Source: Allosphingosinicella sp.
GTDB taxonomy: Bacteria > Pseudomonadota > Alphaproteobacteria > Sphingomonadales > Sphingomonadaceae
Assembly: GCA_036399475.1 (NCBI GenBank)
Contig: DASWNA010000032.1
Location: 3-64,002 of the forward strand
Length of the DNA stretch: 64,000 nt
Reading direction: 5' to 3'
The translations under genes and the position numbers were made by a program. The notes beneath the pieces were generated by a model that was not told the origin of the DNA, ran no database searches, and saw nothing but the letters and a program-made list of their open reading frames with translations. Below, piece after piece: positions 38,480 to 47,452 of the stretch (positions within the stretch are counted from its first letter, which is position 1; every line of letters begins with the position of its first letter).

Positions 38480-40345
38480 TTACCCCGCATCGCCTTCAAT
38501 CAGCGCCGCGAGTTGCCGTTCCGCCTCGTCCCGCGCCTCCCGGAGCCGTTGCTGCTCCACGAAGGCGGCTTCGTCGCCACTCTCCATCAGCCGCGCGGTG
38601 GCGGCATCCAGCGCGGACATTAGTCCCGGCCGGGCCGCCAACGTGTCGATCACCAGAACAAGATCGCGAAGGGCGCGTTCCGGATCGGCATCACGGCGGG
38701 TGAAGGAAAAAGCGAGTCCTCGTTCCTGGCGCAGCTCCTCGGCGAGAGGGGCGGCACCAACGTCGATCAATATGGTATCAAGCCCGTCCGGATCAAGCGC
38801 ACCGTGGAGGAAGGCGGCGGAGACGAGCGCGTCGCGCAGCATCTGGGCGCCGCGGTCGACCAAGGGGAGGGCCTGGACGGCGTCGGAATGGTCGGCAACG
38901 ACCTGCGGGTAGCGCAACAGGCCGGCGAGCACGGCGTGGAGCCAGCGGGGATCGAGGCCGGCGATGGCCAGGGCCTTGGCCTGTTCGGAGACGGGGCGGT
39001 AGGGCTCGAAGCGGCTCTTGTTTCCCTTGCCTTTCTGCCAGTCGCGGCGGGGCTGGAAAGGTTGGAAGGGGGCGCGGGGCGGCGGGCGGTTGAGCTCGCC
39101 GAAGCGGCGGAGGAGCTCCATTCGGTATTGGTCGCGCACGTCTGCGTCGGTGATGGCGGAGGCGTGGTCGGTGAGGCGGCGGCGGAGGCCGGCGCGCTGT
39201 TCGGGCGTGTCGAGCGGCTCGGCGGCGAGTTCGTGGTGCCAGATGCGGTCGACGAGGGGTTCGGCCTTTTCGAACAGTTCCTCGAGCGCGGCGCGGCCTT
39301 TGGCGCGGACGAGATCGTCGGGGTCCTGGCCGGCGGGGAGGGTGACAAAGGAGAGCGAGCGGCCGGGGCCGACGTGGGGAAGGGCTCGGAGGGCGGCGCG
39401 GAAGGCGGCTTTCTGGCCCGCGGAATCGCCATCGAAGCAGAGCAGCGGGGTGGGGGCGAGCTTCCAGAGCAGTTCGAGCTGCATTTCGGTGAGCGCGGTG
39501 CCGAGCGGGGCGACGGCTTCGCTTATGCCGGCCTGGTCGAGGGCGATGACGTCCATCTGGCCTTCGACGATGATAACCCGGTTGGACTGGCGGCTGGCGG
39601 GGCCGGCCTTGTCGATGTTGAACAGGCTTCGGCCCTTGTCGAACAGCGGGGTGTCGGGGGAGTTGAGGTATTTCGGTTCGCCGGCGCCCAGGATCCGGGC
39701 GGAAAAGGCGATGACGCGGCCGCGGCGGTCGCGGATCGGGTAGGTGAGGCGGCCGCGGAAGCGGTCGTAGGGCTCGCGCTCGGCGTCGTCGGGCTGGATG
39801 AGCAGGCCGGCTTCGATCAGCTTGTCGTTGCCGAATTCCTTGAGGGCGGTGCGCAGCTTGCCGCGGGTGTCCGGCGCGAAGCCGAAGCCGAACTTGCGGC
39901 GGGTGGCGTCGCTGATCCCGCGCTTTTCGAGATAGGCGCGGGCGTCCCCGCCTTCGAGGCCGGCGAGCTGGGCTTCAAACCAGCTCTGCGCGGCTTCGAC
40001 CACGTCGTAGAGGCCGGTCGCACGTTCCGCCTTGGCCTGCGCGCGCGGATCGGCGGCGGGGACTTCCATGCCGGCGGCGTCGGCAAGCTCCTTCACCGCA
40101 TCCATGAAGGGCAGGCCGCGCTGGTCGGTCAGCCAGCGGATGGCATCGCCATGCACCGAGCAGCCGAAGCAATGGTAGAAGCCCTTCTCGTCGTTGACGT
40201 AGAAGCTGGGCGTCTTTTCCTTGTGGAACGGGCAGGGCGCTTTGTATTCGCGGCCGGCTTTCTGGAGCTTTACGGTTTTGCCGACGAGGGTGGAGAGGGT
40301 GGTGCGGGCGCGGAGCTCGTCGAGGAATTGGGGGGTGAGGCTCAT
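38480..40345 (-). CDS. dnaG: DNA primase
   Basis: CPFHKEKTPSF...CFGC zinc finger; KYLNSPDT; VEGQMDVI; FDGDSAG. Confidence 0.98.
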   Translation of the reverse strand: MSLTPQFLDELRARTTLSTLVGKTVKLQKAGREYKAPCPFHKEKTPSFYVNDEKGFYHCFGCSVHGDAIRWLTDQRGLPFMDAVKELADAAGMEVPAADPRAQAKAERATGLYDVVEAAQSWFEAQLAGLEGGDARAYLEKRGISDATRRKFGFGFAPDTRGKLRTALKEFGNDKLIEAGLLIQPDDAEREPYDRFRGRLTYPIRDRRGRVIAFSARILGAGEPKYLNSPDTPLFDKGRSLFNIDKAGPASRQSNRVIIVEGQMDVIALDQAGISEAVAPLGTALTEMQLELLWKLAPTPLLCFDGDSAGQKAAFRAALRALPHVGPGRSLSFVTLPAGQDPDDLVRAKGRAALEELFEKAEPLVDRIWHHELAAEPLDTPEQRAGLRRRLTDHASAITDADVRDQYRMELLRRFGELNRPPPRAPFQPFQPRRDWQKGKGNKSRFEPYRPVSEQAKALAIAGLDPRWLHAVLAGLLRYPQVVADHSDAVQALPLVDRGAQMLRDALVSAAFLHGALDPDGLDTILIDVGAAPLAEELRQERGLAFSFTRRDADPERALRDLVLVIDTLAARPGLMSALDAATARLMESGDEAAFVEQQRLREARDEAERQLAALIEGDAG

Positions 40346-40758
40346 TGGGGGCCTTCATTAACGTCTGTGGCGCGCCCCTCGACTTCGCTCGGGACGAACG
40401 AGTCTTCGGAAACCTGAGGGTTGGAACCTTCGCGCAGTCCATCGCCCCCGTTCGTCCCGAGCGAAGTCGAGGGGCGCTCGTGAGGAGGGCGTGCAAGGTA
40501 ACTTACTCGGGCCCAATCGCCTGCCATTAAAGCTTCTTTTTTAGCCTTGGACCAGTTCTTGACGCGCCTTTCGAACTCCAATGCCTCGTAGCGTGTGGGC
40601 GCGTCCTCGCACCAGACGAGTTCCAAGGGTCGGCGGGTCCGGGTCCAGCTGGAGCCTTTGCCCTGCTCGTGCCCCCACATGCGCTTTTCCAGATCGTCCG
40701 TGTGGCCGGTGTAGTAGGTGCCGTCTCGGCAGCGGAGGATGTAGACCCAGAACTGCAT
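40342..40758 (-). CDS. GIY-YIG nuclease (UPF0213/YhbQ-like) with REP-derived C-terminal tail
   Basis: MQFWVYILRCRDGTYYTGHTDDLEKR..HEQG...TRTRRP...EALEFERRVKNWSKAKKEAL; stop overlaps the dnaG start (ATGA). Confidence 0.9.
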   Translation of the reverse strand: MQFWVYILRCRDGTYYTGHTDDLEKRMWGHEQGKGSSWTRTRRPLELVWCEDAPTRYEALEFERRVKNWSKAKKEALMAGDWARVSYLARPPHERPSTSLGTNGGDGLREGSNPQVSEDSFVPSEVEGRATDVNEGPQ

Positions 40759-40801
40759 TGGCTTTGGTGGACGCGCCCCTCGACTTCGTTCGGGACGAAC
40801 G
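40372..40801. mobile_element. putative REP-associated GIY-YIG element: three family A REPs (40372-40400, 40449-40477, 40773-40801) around the nuclease
   Basis: cgttcgtcccgagcgaagtcgaggggcgc in inverted orientation on both sides of the nuclease core; mobility is inferred. Confidence 0.6.
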
Positions 40802-40832
40802 AGTCCCTTTGTTCGTGACCTTCCGAGCAGGC

Positions 40833-41285
40833 TCAGCCCAACCGCGCCTTTACCAGGCCGCTGGCCTTGGACATGTCGATCTCGCTCGAATGGCGTTCCT
40901 TGAGGATCGCCATGACGCGGCCCATGTCCTTGAGCGAGCTTGCGCCGAGTTCCGTCACGATCGCGTCGATCGCGGCGGCGGCTTCCGCCTCGCTCATCTG
41001 GCGGGGGAGGAAGGTTTCGATCACGTCGACTTCGGATTTCTCCTGGTCGGCGAGCTCCTGGCGGTTGCCTTGTTCGTAGAGGGCGATCGATTCGCGGCGC
41101 TGCTTGACCATTTTCTGGAGAACCTCGACGACCATCGCATCGTCGTCGGCGGGGGCGGTGCCGGTGCGCAGTTCGATGTCGCGGTTCTTTACGGCCGACT
41201 GGATGAGGCGGATGGTGGCGGTGCGCGCCTTGTCGCCGCCTTTCATGGCGGTCACCAGCGCAGCCTTGAGGTCGTCGCGAATCAT
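40833..41285 (-). CDS. GatB/YqeY domain protein
   Basis: AMKGGDK..TIRL; KMVKQRRESI..Y...R.ELA; KDMGRVM. Confidence 0.92.
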   Translation of the reverse strand: MIRDDLKAALVTAMKGGDKARTATIRLIQSAVKNRDIELRTGTAPADDDAMVVEVLQKMVKQRRESIALYEQGNRQELADQEKSEVDVIETFLPRQMSEAEAAAAIDAIVTELGASSLKDMGRVMAILKERHSSEIDMSKASGLVKARLG

Positions 41286-41421
41286 GTCGGTCCCAATCAG
41301 TGGAAAGGGGGCAGGATAGCGGGGCCGCCATAAATATAACAGGATTGACGCTGCGGCGGCGCGGCCCTAGCCGGTGAGCCTTAGCGACATCGCCGTTTTT
41401 CACGCAAGGAGTGCCCGCCTG

Positions 41422-41487
41422 ATGGCCGACGCCACGCAATCGCCTGCGAGCGTTGTTTGTTGCTCGGATCGGACCGCCGAAGCATGA
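41422..41487 (+). other. 21-codon upstream ORF coupled to carA (ATGA overlap)
   Basis: AAGGAG RBS at 41406-41411; MADATQSPASVVCCSDRTAEA*; TGA 41485-41487 overlaps carA ATG 41484. Confidence 0.5.
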
Positions 41488-42764
41488 CTTCGTCACGCTC
41501 CGCCTACGCTCCGAGTGGGGCCACCGGCGTATTGGTGTTAGCCGACGGGACCGTGGTGTGGGGCAAGGGCTTCGGCGCGGAAGGCGAGGCGGTCGGCGAG
41601 GTGTGCTTCAACACCGCCATGACCGGATATCAGGAGGTGATGACCGATCCCTCTTACGCGCGGCAGATCATCGCTTTCACGTTTCCGCACATCGGCAATG
41701 TCGGCGCCAATTACGAGGATCTGGAGGCGGACAATCCCTGGGCGCTTGGCTGCGTGGTTCGGCAGGATGTGACGGCGCCCTCCAACTTTCGCGCGGTGCA
41801 GGGGTTCGACGCCTGGATGAAGGCAAACGGGCGGATCGGGCTTGCGGGGGTGGATACGCGGGCTTTGACCCGGCGCATTCGCGAGGGCGGAGCGCCCAAT
41901 GGGGTGATTGCGCATCGGGCGGATGGGGTGTTCGACCTTGAGGCTTTGCTGGAGCAAACGCGGGCTTGGCCGGGGCTTGAGGGCATGGACCTCGCCAAGG
42001 AGGTTTCGTGTTTGCAGATGTACCGCTGGGAGGGGGGCCTTTGGGGGCTTGGCCGGGGGTATGGGGTGCGCCCCTCGACTTCGCTCGGGACGAACGATGT
42101 GGTGGAGGCCGCTCCCGCAGTAGTAGCTGGTGCTGGTGAAAAAGACTCGTTCGTCCCGAGCGAAGTCGAGGGGCGCACCTCGGAATCTGGGCAGGATGCC
42201 CGCCCCCACGTCGTCGCGATCGACTATGGGTCGAAGCGCAACATCTTCCGCAACCTGGCGGATGCCGGCGCGCGGGTGACGGTGCTCCCAGCGACAGCCA
42301 CCTATGAAGAGGTGATGGCGCACAAGCCGGACGGCATTTTCCTTTCGAACGGCCCCGGCGATCCGGCGGCGACCGGCGCATATGCCGTGCCCGTGATCCG
42401 CCAGCTCCTGGAAACGAACAAGCCGCTGTTCGGCATCTGCCTCGGCCACCAGCTCCTTGGGCTGGCGGTGGGCGCGAAGACGGTGAAGATGCACCAGGGC
42501 CACCGCGGGGCCAACCATCCGGTCAAGCGGCTTGCCGACGGGCGGGTGGAGATCACCAGCATGAACCACGGCTTTGCGGTGGAAGCGGAGACGCTGCCGG
42601 CGAATGCGCGGGCGACGCACATCTCGCTGTTCGACGGGAGTCTGGCGGGGCTGGAGCTGACGGACCGGCCGGCGTTTTCGGTGCAGTATCACCCGGAGGC
42701 GAGCCCTGGGCCGCAGGATAGTGTGTATCTTTTTTCTAAGTTCGTGGATCAGCTTCGGCCGTGA
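41484..42764 (+). CDS. carA: carbamoyl-phosphate synthase small subunit
   Basis: GEVCFNTAMTGYQE; SNGPGDP; FGICLGHQ; SVQYHPEASPGP. Confidence 0.97.
   Translation: MTSSRSAYAPSGATGVLVLADGTVVWGKGFGAEGEAVGEVCFNTAMTGYQEVMTDPSYARQIIAFTFPHIGNVGANYEDLEADNPWALGCVVRQDVTAPSNFRAVQGFDAWMKANGRIGLAGVDTRALTRRIREGGAPNGVIAHRADGVFDLEALLEQTRAWPGLEGMDLAKEVSCLQMYRWEGGLWGLGRGYGVRPSTSLGTNDVVEAAPAVVAGAGEKDSFVPSEVEGRTSESGQDARPHVVAIDYGSKRNIFRNLADAGARVTVLPATATYEEVMAHKPDGIFLSNGPGDPAATGAYAVPVIRQLLETNKPLFGICLGHQLLGLAVGAKTVKMHQGHRGANHPVKRLADGRVEITSMNHGFAVEAETLPANARATHISLFDGSLAGLELTDRPAFSVQYHPEASPGPQDSVYLFSKFVDQLRP
42065..42179. repeat. family A REP doublet inserted in-frame in carA
   Basis: ggtgcgcccctcgacttcgctcgggacgaacg ... 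cgttcgtcccgagcgaagtcgaggggcgcacc (perfect inverted arms). Confidence 0.9.
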
Positions 42765-42782
42765 TGAGGAGCGCCGCCTCTA

Positions 42783-43108
42783 CTCCCTCTCCCCTGCGGG
42801 AAGAGGGCTGGGGTGAGGGGGTTCTGAGTTTGCGGGTAATTACCGGCGCCGAACCCCCTCACCCAACCCTCTCCCCCACGGGGAGAGGGCTTTTGGCGCG
42901 GCGGTTTTCGGCAGGGCCGGTTTCCAGCGAGCCGGTGTTCGCGTGGAATCGGCTCCCTTCGTCCGGCGGTACGCTGACGAAGGTTGCCGCCATCGCTCCC
43001 TCTCCCCTGCGGGGAGAGGGCTGGGGTGAGGGGTTCTGAGTTTGCGGGTAATTACCGGCGCCAAACCCCCTCACCCAACCCTCTCCCCCAGGGGGAGAGG
43101 GCTTTTGG
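42783..43108. repeat. two direct copies (about 112 bp; 42783-42896 and 42996-43108) of a family E REP doublet
   Basis: ctccctctcccctgcggg(a/g)agagggctggggtgagggg...ccccctcacccaaccctctcccc..ggggagagggcttttgg repeated almost identically. Confidence 0.9.
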
Positions 43109-43119
43109 GGCGGGGCGTT

Positions 43120-43473
43120 TCAATCCGGCCTGTTCCTCGCGAGCAGGAGTTCGTGTCGGAGCGCTTCCAAGACGCCGTCGGTGTCAGCGAGGACGTCGTG
43201 GTTCCAGAAGCGGATTACCCGGTAGCCGAACCGCTCGATCGCCTCCGTTCGGGCGGCATCTTTCGCTGGACTATGCTGCCCGCCATCAAGTTCGATGGCC
43301 AGCCGGGCGCTTCGGCAGGCGAAATCGGCGAGGTAGTTGCCGATCTGAACTTGGCTGACGAACTTCTCTCCCTCGAAACGGCGGTCCCGAAGAAAGTACC
43401 AGAGCCGTTCTTCCGCCTCCGTCATGGAGCGCCGGAGCTTGCGCGCTACAGGCGTCAGTTTCTTGCTGCCCAA
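43120..43473 (-). CDS. DUF559 / Vsr-like PD-(D/E)XK endonuclease
   Basis: ARKLRRSMTEAEERLWYFLR...Q..IGNYLADF...LAIELDGGQH...R...GYRVIRFWN. Confidence 0.9.
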   Translation of the reverse strand: MGSKKLTPVARKLRRSMTEAEERLWYFLRDRRFEGEKFVSQVQIGNYLADFACRSARLAIELDGGQHSPAKDAARTEAIERFGYRVIRFWNHDVLADTDGVLEALRHELLLARNRPD

Positions 43474-43479
43474 CGCAGT

Positions 43480-43521
43480 CCCCCCTCACCCAGCCCTCTC
43501 CCCCCAGGGGAGAGGGCTTTT
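43480..43521. repeat. family E REP upstream of the DUF559 gene
   Basis: ccccctcacccagccctctccccccaggggagagggctttt, a direct repeat of 43066-43106. Confidence 0.85.
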
Positions 43522-43539
43522 CGGCAGAGCGTATCATAG

Positions 43540-46500
43540 ATGCCCAAGCGCACAGACATTTCCTCCATCCTCATTATCGGTGCAGGCCCCATCGTTATCG
43601 GGCAGGCGGCGGAGTTCGATTATTCGGGGACTCAGGCGGCGAAGGCGCTGCGGGCGGAGGGGTATCGGATCATCCTGGTCAACTCCAATCCGGCGACGAT
43701 CATGACCGATCCGGAGCTGGCGGACGCGACCTATGTAGAGCCGATTACGCCGGAGTTCGTGACGAAGATCATCGAAAAGGAGCGGCCGGACGCGGTGCTG
43801 CCGACCATGGGCGGGCAGACGGCGCTGAACACGGCGCTGGCGCTGTACAAGGACGGGACGCTGGACCGGCTTGGCGTTGTCATGATCGGCGCCGATGCGG
43901 ACGCGATCGAGATGGCCGAGGACCGGCTCAAGTTTCGCGATGCGATGGACCGGATCGGGCTGGAGAGCCCCAAGTCGCGGATCGCGCATAGCCTGGAGGA
44001 GGCGATTGCGGGGCTGGAGGAGGTCGGGCTGCCGGCGATCATTCGGCCAAGCTTCACGCTGGGGGGTACCGGCGGTGGCATCGCCTACAACCGCGAGGAG
44101 TTCGTCGCCATTGTTTCGGGCGGGCTCGAGGCGTCGCCGACCAGTGAAGTGCTGATCGAGGAATCGGTACTTGGCTGGAAAGAGTATGAGATGGAGGTGG
44201 TGCGCGACCGCGCGGACAACGCGATCATCATCTGCTCCATCGAGAATATCGATCCGATGGGCATTCATACCGGAGATTCGATCACCGTCGCGCCGGCTAT
44301 GACGCTGAGCGACAAGGAATATCAGATCATGCGCAACGCCTCGATCGCGGTGCTGCGCGAGATCGGGGTCGAGACAGGCGGGTCCAACGTCCAGTTCGCG
44401 GTCAACCCGGCGGACGGGCGGCTGGTGGTGATCGAGATGAACCCGCGGGTGTCGCGGTCTTCGGCTTTGGCATCCAAGGCGACGGGGTTTCCGATCGCCA
44501 AGGTCGCGGCCAAGCTGGCGGTGGGTTACACGCTGGACGAGATTCAGAACGATATCACGGGCGCGACGCCGGCGAGTTTCGAGCCGACGATCGATTATGT
44601 GGTGACCAAGATCCCGCGCTTCACGTTCGAAAAGTTCAAGGGTTCGGACCCGTCGCTGTCGACCGCGATGAAGTCGGTCGGCGAGGCGATGGCGATCGGG
44701 CGGTCGATGCACGAAAGCCTGCAAAAGGCGCTTCGCTCGATGGAAACCGGGCTATCCGGCCTCGACGGAATCAAGCCGCTTTATGGTGCGCCGCGGGCCG
44801 AGATCGAGGCGGCGCTTGCTCGGCCGACGCCGGAGCGGCTGCTGGTCGCGGCGCAGGCGTTGCGCGAGGGCTTCACCGTCGCCGAGATCAACGCCATCAC
44901 CCATTTCGATCCCTGGTTTCTGGAGCGGCTCGAAGAGATCGTCGCCGCGGAGCGGGCGGTGGAACAGGACGGCCTGCCGCAGGACGCCGACGCGATGCGG
45001 CAGCTCAAAGCGATGGGCTTTTCGGACAAGCGCCTGGCGGAGCTTGCGGTGCGCTCGGCCGGCCTGCGCGGCGGCGTGATGGGCAAGGTGGCGGCAAGCA
45101 GCCATGGGCTGATCCACGACGCCGTGAAGGCGATGACCGGCGCAACCACCGAGGAGGAGGTGCGGGCGCTTCGGCACAAGCTTGGCGTCAGGCCGGTGTT
45201 CAAGCGCATCGACAGCTGCGCCGCCGAGTTCGAGGCGCGCACCGCCTATATGTATTCGACCTACGAGGCGCCGAGCTTTGGCGAACCGGAGGACGAGAGC
45301 GATCCGTCCGACCGCAAGAAGGTGGTGATCCTGGGCGGCGGGCCGAACCGGATCGGGCAGGGGATCGAGTTCGATTATTGCTGCTGCCACGCCTGCTATG
45401 CGCTGGCCGATGCGGGCTATGAGACGATCATGATCAACTGCAATCCGGAAACGGTGAGCACCGATTACGACACGTCCGACCGCCTGTATTTCGAGCCGCT
45501 GACCGCCGAGGACGTGCTGGAGATCCTCCACGTCGAGCAATCGCGCGGCGAGCTTGCCGGGGTGATCGTGCAGTTCGGCGGGCAGACGCCGCTCAAGCTC
45601 GCCGCCGCGCTGGCGAAGGAGGGGATCCCGATCCTCGGCACTTCGCCCGACGCGATCGATCTTGCCGAGGACCGGGAGCGGTTCGCGGCGTTGGTCACGA
45701 AGCTCGGCCTTCGCCAGCCGGAGAACGGCATGGCCCGCAGCCGCGAGGAGGCGATCGCGGTGGCCGAGCGGATCGGCTATCCGGTGCTGACCCGGCCGAG
45801 CTACGTGCTTGGCGGGCGGGCGATGGAGATCGTCGACGGCCCGGCGCAGCTCGACGATTATATCGTGACGGCGGTGCAGGTGTCCGGGGACAGCCCGGTG
45901 CTGATCGACCAGTATCTGCGCGACGCAATCGAGGTGGACGTCGACGCCATTTCGGACGGCAAGGACGTGGTGATTGCCGGCGTCATGCAGCATATCGAGG
46001 AAGCGGGGGTCCATTCGGGGGACAGCGCCTGCTCGTTGCCGCCGTACAGCCTGGACGCGGAGATCGTCGCGGAGATCGAGCGGCAGGCCCGGGTGCTTGC
46101 GCTTGCGCTTGGCGTCGTCGGGCTGATGAACGCGCAGTTCGCGGTCAAGGACGGGCTGGTGTACCTGATCGAGGTCAATCCGCGGGCGAGCCGGACGGTG
46201 CCGTTCGTTGCCAAGGCGATCGGCACTCCCATCGCCAAGATCGCCGCGCGGGTGATGGCCGGCGAGCCGCTGATGCGCTTCCTGCCGATCCACCGCGACG
46301 TGCCGCACATCGCCGTCAAGGAAGCTGTGTTCCCGTTTGCACGCTTCCCCGGAGTGGATCCGGTGTTGTCGCCCGAGATGAAGTCCACCGGCGAAGTGAT
46401 GGGAATCGATAAGGATTTCGCTACCGCTTTCCTCAAGTCGCAGATCGCGGCGGGGACGTTGCTTCCCACCGAGGGGACGTTGTTCGTGTCGGTGAAGGAC

Positions 46501-46878
46501 GGCGACAAGCCGCTGATCGTACCGGCGGTGCGGGCGATGGCGGAGTTCGGCTTTCACGTCCTCGCCACCGGCGGCACGGCCGATTACCTGAACGCGCAAG
46601 GCATCGCGGTGGAGAAGGTCAACAAGGTGGCGCAGGGGCGGCCGCATATCGTCGACCGGATCAAGGACGGCGAAGTCGGCATCGTGTTCAACACCACTGA
46701 AGGGTGGCAGAGCCACAAGGACAGTTCTTCGATCCGCCGATCGGCGCTGATGGCCAAGGTGCCGTACTTCACGACGGCTGCGTCTTCCGTTGCGGTGACC
46801 CGCGCCATTGGGGTGCTTCGATCGCGCAGCCTTGATGTTCAGAGCCTCCAGTCTTATTATCTCGCCTCCAATACGTGA
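43540..46878 (+). CDS. carB: carbamoyl-phosphate synthase large subunit
   Basis: [20 protein letters not shown]; two ATP-grasp domains; C-terminal MGS domain. Confidence 0.99.
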   Translation: MPKRTDISSILIIGAGPIVIGQAAEFDYSGTQAAKALRAEGYRIILVNSNPATIMTDPELADATYVEPITPEFVTKIIEKERPDAVLPTMGGQTALNTALALYKDGTLDRLGVVMIGADADAIEMAEDRLKFRDAMDRIGLESPKSRIAHSLEEAIAGLEEVGLPAIIRPSFTLGGTGGGIAYNREEFVAIVSGGLEASPTSEVLIEESVLGWKEYEMEVVRDRADNAIIICSIENIDPMGIHTGDSITVAPAMTLSDKEYQIMRNASIAVLREIGVETGGSNVQFAVNPADGRLVVIEMNPRVSRSSALASKATGFPIAKVAAKLAVGYTLDEIQNDITGATPASFEPTIDYVVTKIPRFTFEKFKGSDPSLSTAMKSVGEAMAIGRSMHESLQKALRSMETGLSGLDGIKPLYGAPRAEIEAALARPTPERLLVAAQALREGFTVAEINAITHFDPWFLERLEEIVAAERAVEQDGLPQDADAMRQLKAMGFSDKRLAELAVRSAGLRGGVMGKVAASSHGLIHDAVKAMTGATTEEEVRALRHKLGVRPVFKRIDSCAAEFEARTAYMYSTYEAPSFGEPEDESDPSDRKKVVILGGGPNRIGQGIEFDYCCCHACYALADAGYETIMINCNPETVSTDYDTSDRLYFEPLTAEDVLEILHVEQSRGELAGVIVQFGGQTPLKLAAALAKEGIPILGTSPDAIDLAEDRERFAALVTKLGLRQPENGMARSREEAIAVAERIGYPVLTRPSYVLGGRAMEIVDGPAQLDDYIVTAVQVSGDSPVLIDQYLRDAIEVDVDAISDGKDVVIAGVMQHIEEAGVHSGDSACSLPPYSLDAEIVAEIERQARVLALALGVVGLMNAQFAVKDGLVYLIEVNPRASRTVPFVAKAIGTPIAKIAARVMAGEPLMRFLPIHRDVPHIAVKEAVFPFARFPGVDPVLSPEMKSTGEVMGIDKDFATAFLKSQIAAGTLLPTEGTLFVSVKDGDKPLIVPAVRAMAEFGFHVLATGGTADYLNAQGIAVEKVNKVAQGRPHIVDRIKDGEVGIVFNTTEGWQSHKDSSSIRRSALMAKVPYFTTAASSVAVTRAIGVLRSRSLDVQSLQSYYLASNT

Positions 46879-46954
46879 TCCCCACATTCCAGTGAGAAGG
46901 GGTGCCGGCTTCATCCAGGGTCCGGCAGCGAACGAGTTTTGAAAGGCGAGAGAT

Positions 46955-47434
46955 ATGGCGACGGTGGATAAGATGCCGATGCTTCAGGAGGGCTATGACC
47001 GCCTTCAGACCGAGGTGCGGCACCTGAAAACCGTCGAGCGGGTGGCGATCATCGAAGCCATCGAGATCGCCCGCGGCCACGGCGATCTGTCCGAGAACGC
47101 CGAATATCACGCCGCCAAGGAACGGCAGGGCCAGGTCGAGGCGACGATCGCCGACATCGACGACCGGCTGAGCCGCGCGATGGTGATCGATCCCAAGAGC
47201 CTGTCGGGCGACAAGGCGGTGTTCGGGGCGACCGTTCACCTTGTCGACGAGAACGACAAAAAGGTCGTCTACCAGATCGTCGGCCAGACCGAGGCGGACG
47301 CGCGGATTGGACGTATTTCGTACAATTCGCCCTTGGGGCGTGCGCTGATCGGGCGCAGCGTCGGCGACGAGGTGGAAGTGTCCACGCCGTCCGGCGACAA
47401 ATATTACGAGCTCGAGAAGGTCGAGTTCATCTAG
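46955..47434 (+). CDS. greA: transcription elongation factor GreA
   Basis: [18 protein letters not shown]; [11 protein letters not shown]. Confidence 0.97.
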   Translation: MATVDKMPMLQEGYDRLQTEVRHLKTVERVAIIEAIEIARGHGDLSENAEYHAAKERQGQVEATIADIDDRLSRAMVIDPKSLSGDKAVFGATVHLVDENDKKVVYQIVGQTEADARIGRISYNSPLGRALIGRSVGDEVEVSTPSGDKYYELEKVEFI

Positions 47435-47452
47435 GCGCGCTGGGCCCAAACC

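Noticed and set aside
40342-41496. 384-aa ORF as a large GIY-YIG fusion
   Set aside because: The N-terminal part overlaps yqeY in another frame; the real start is ATG 40758.
42783-43521. Repeats with spacers beside a nuclease as a possible CRISPR array
   Set aside because: Units are long inverted doublets with irregular spacing, there are only two to three copies, and no cas genes are present.
45040-45160. Extra segment in CarB (RSAGLRGG...AMTGATT)
   Set aside because: Not palindromic and has normal codon usage; probably a lineage-typical insertion, not repeat-derived.
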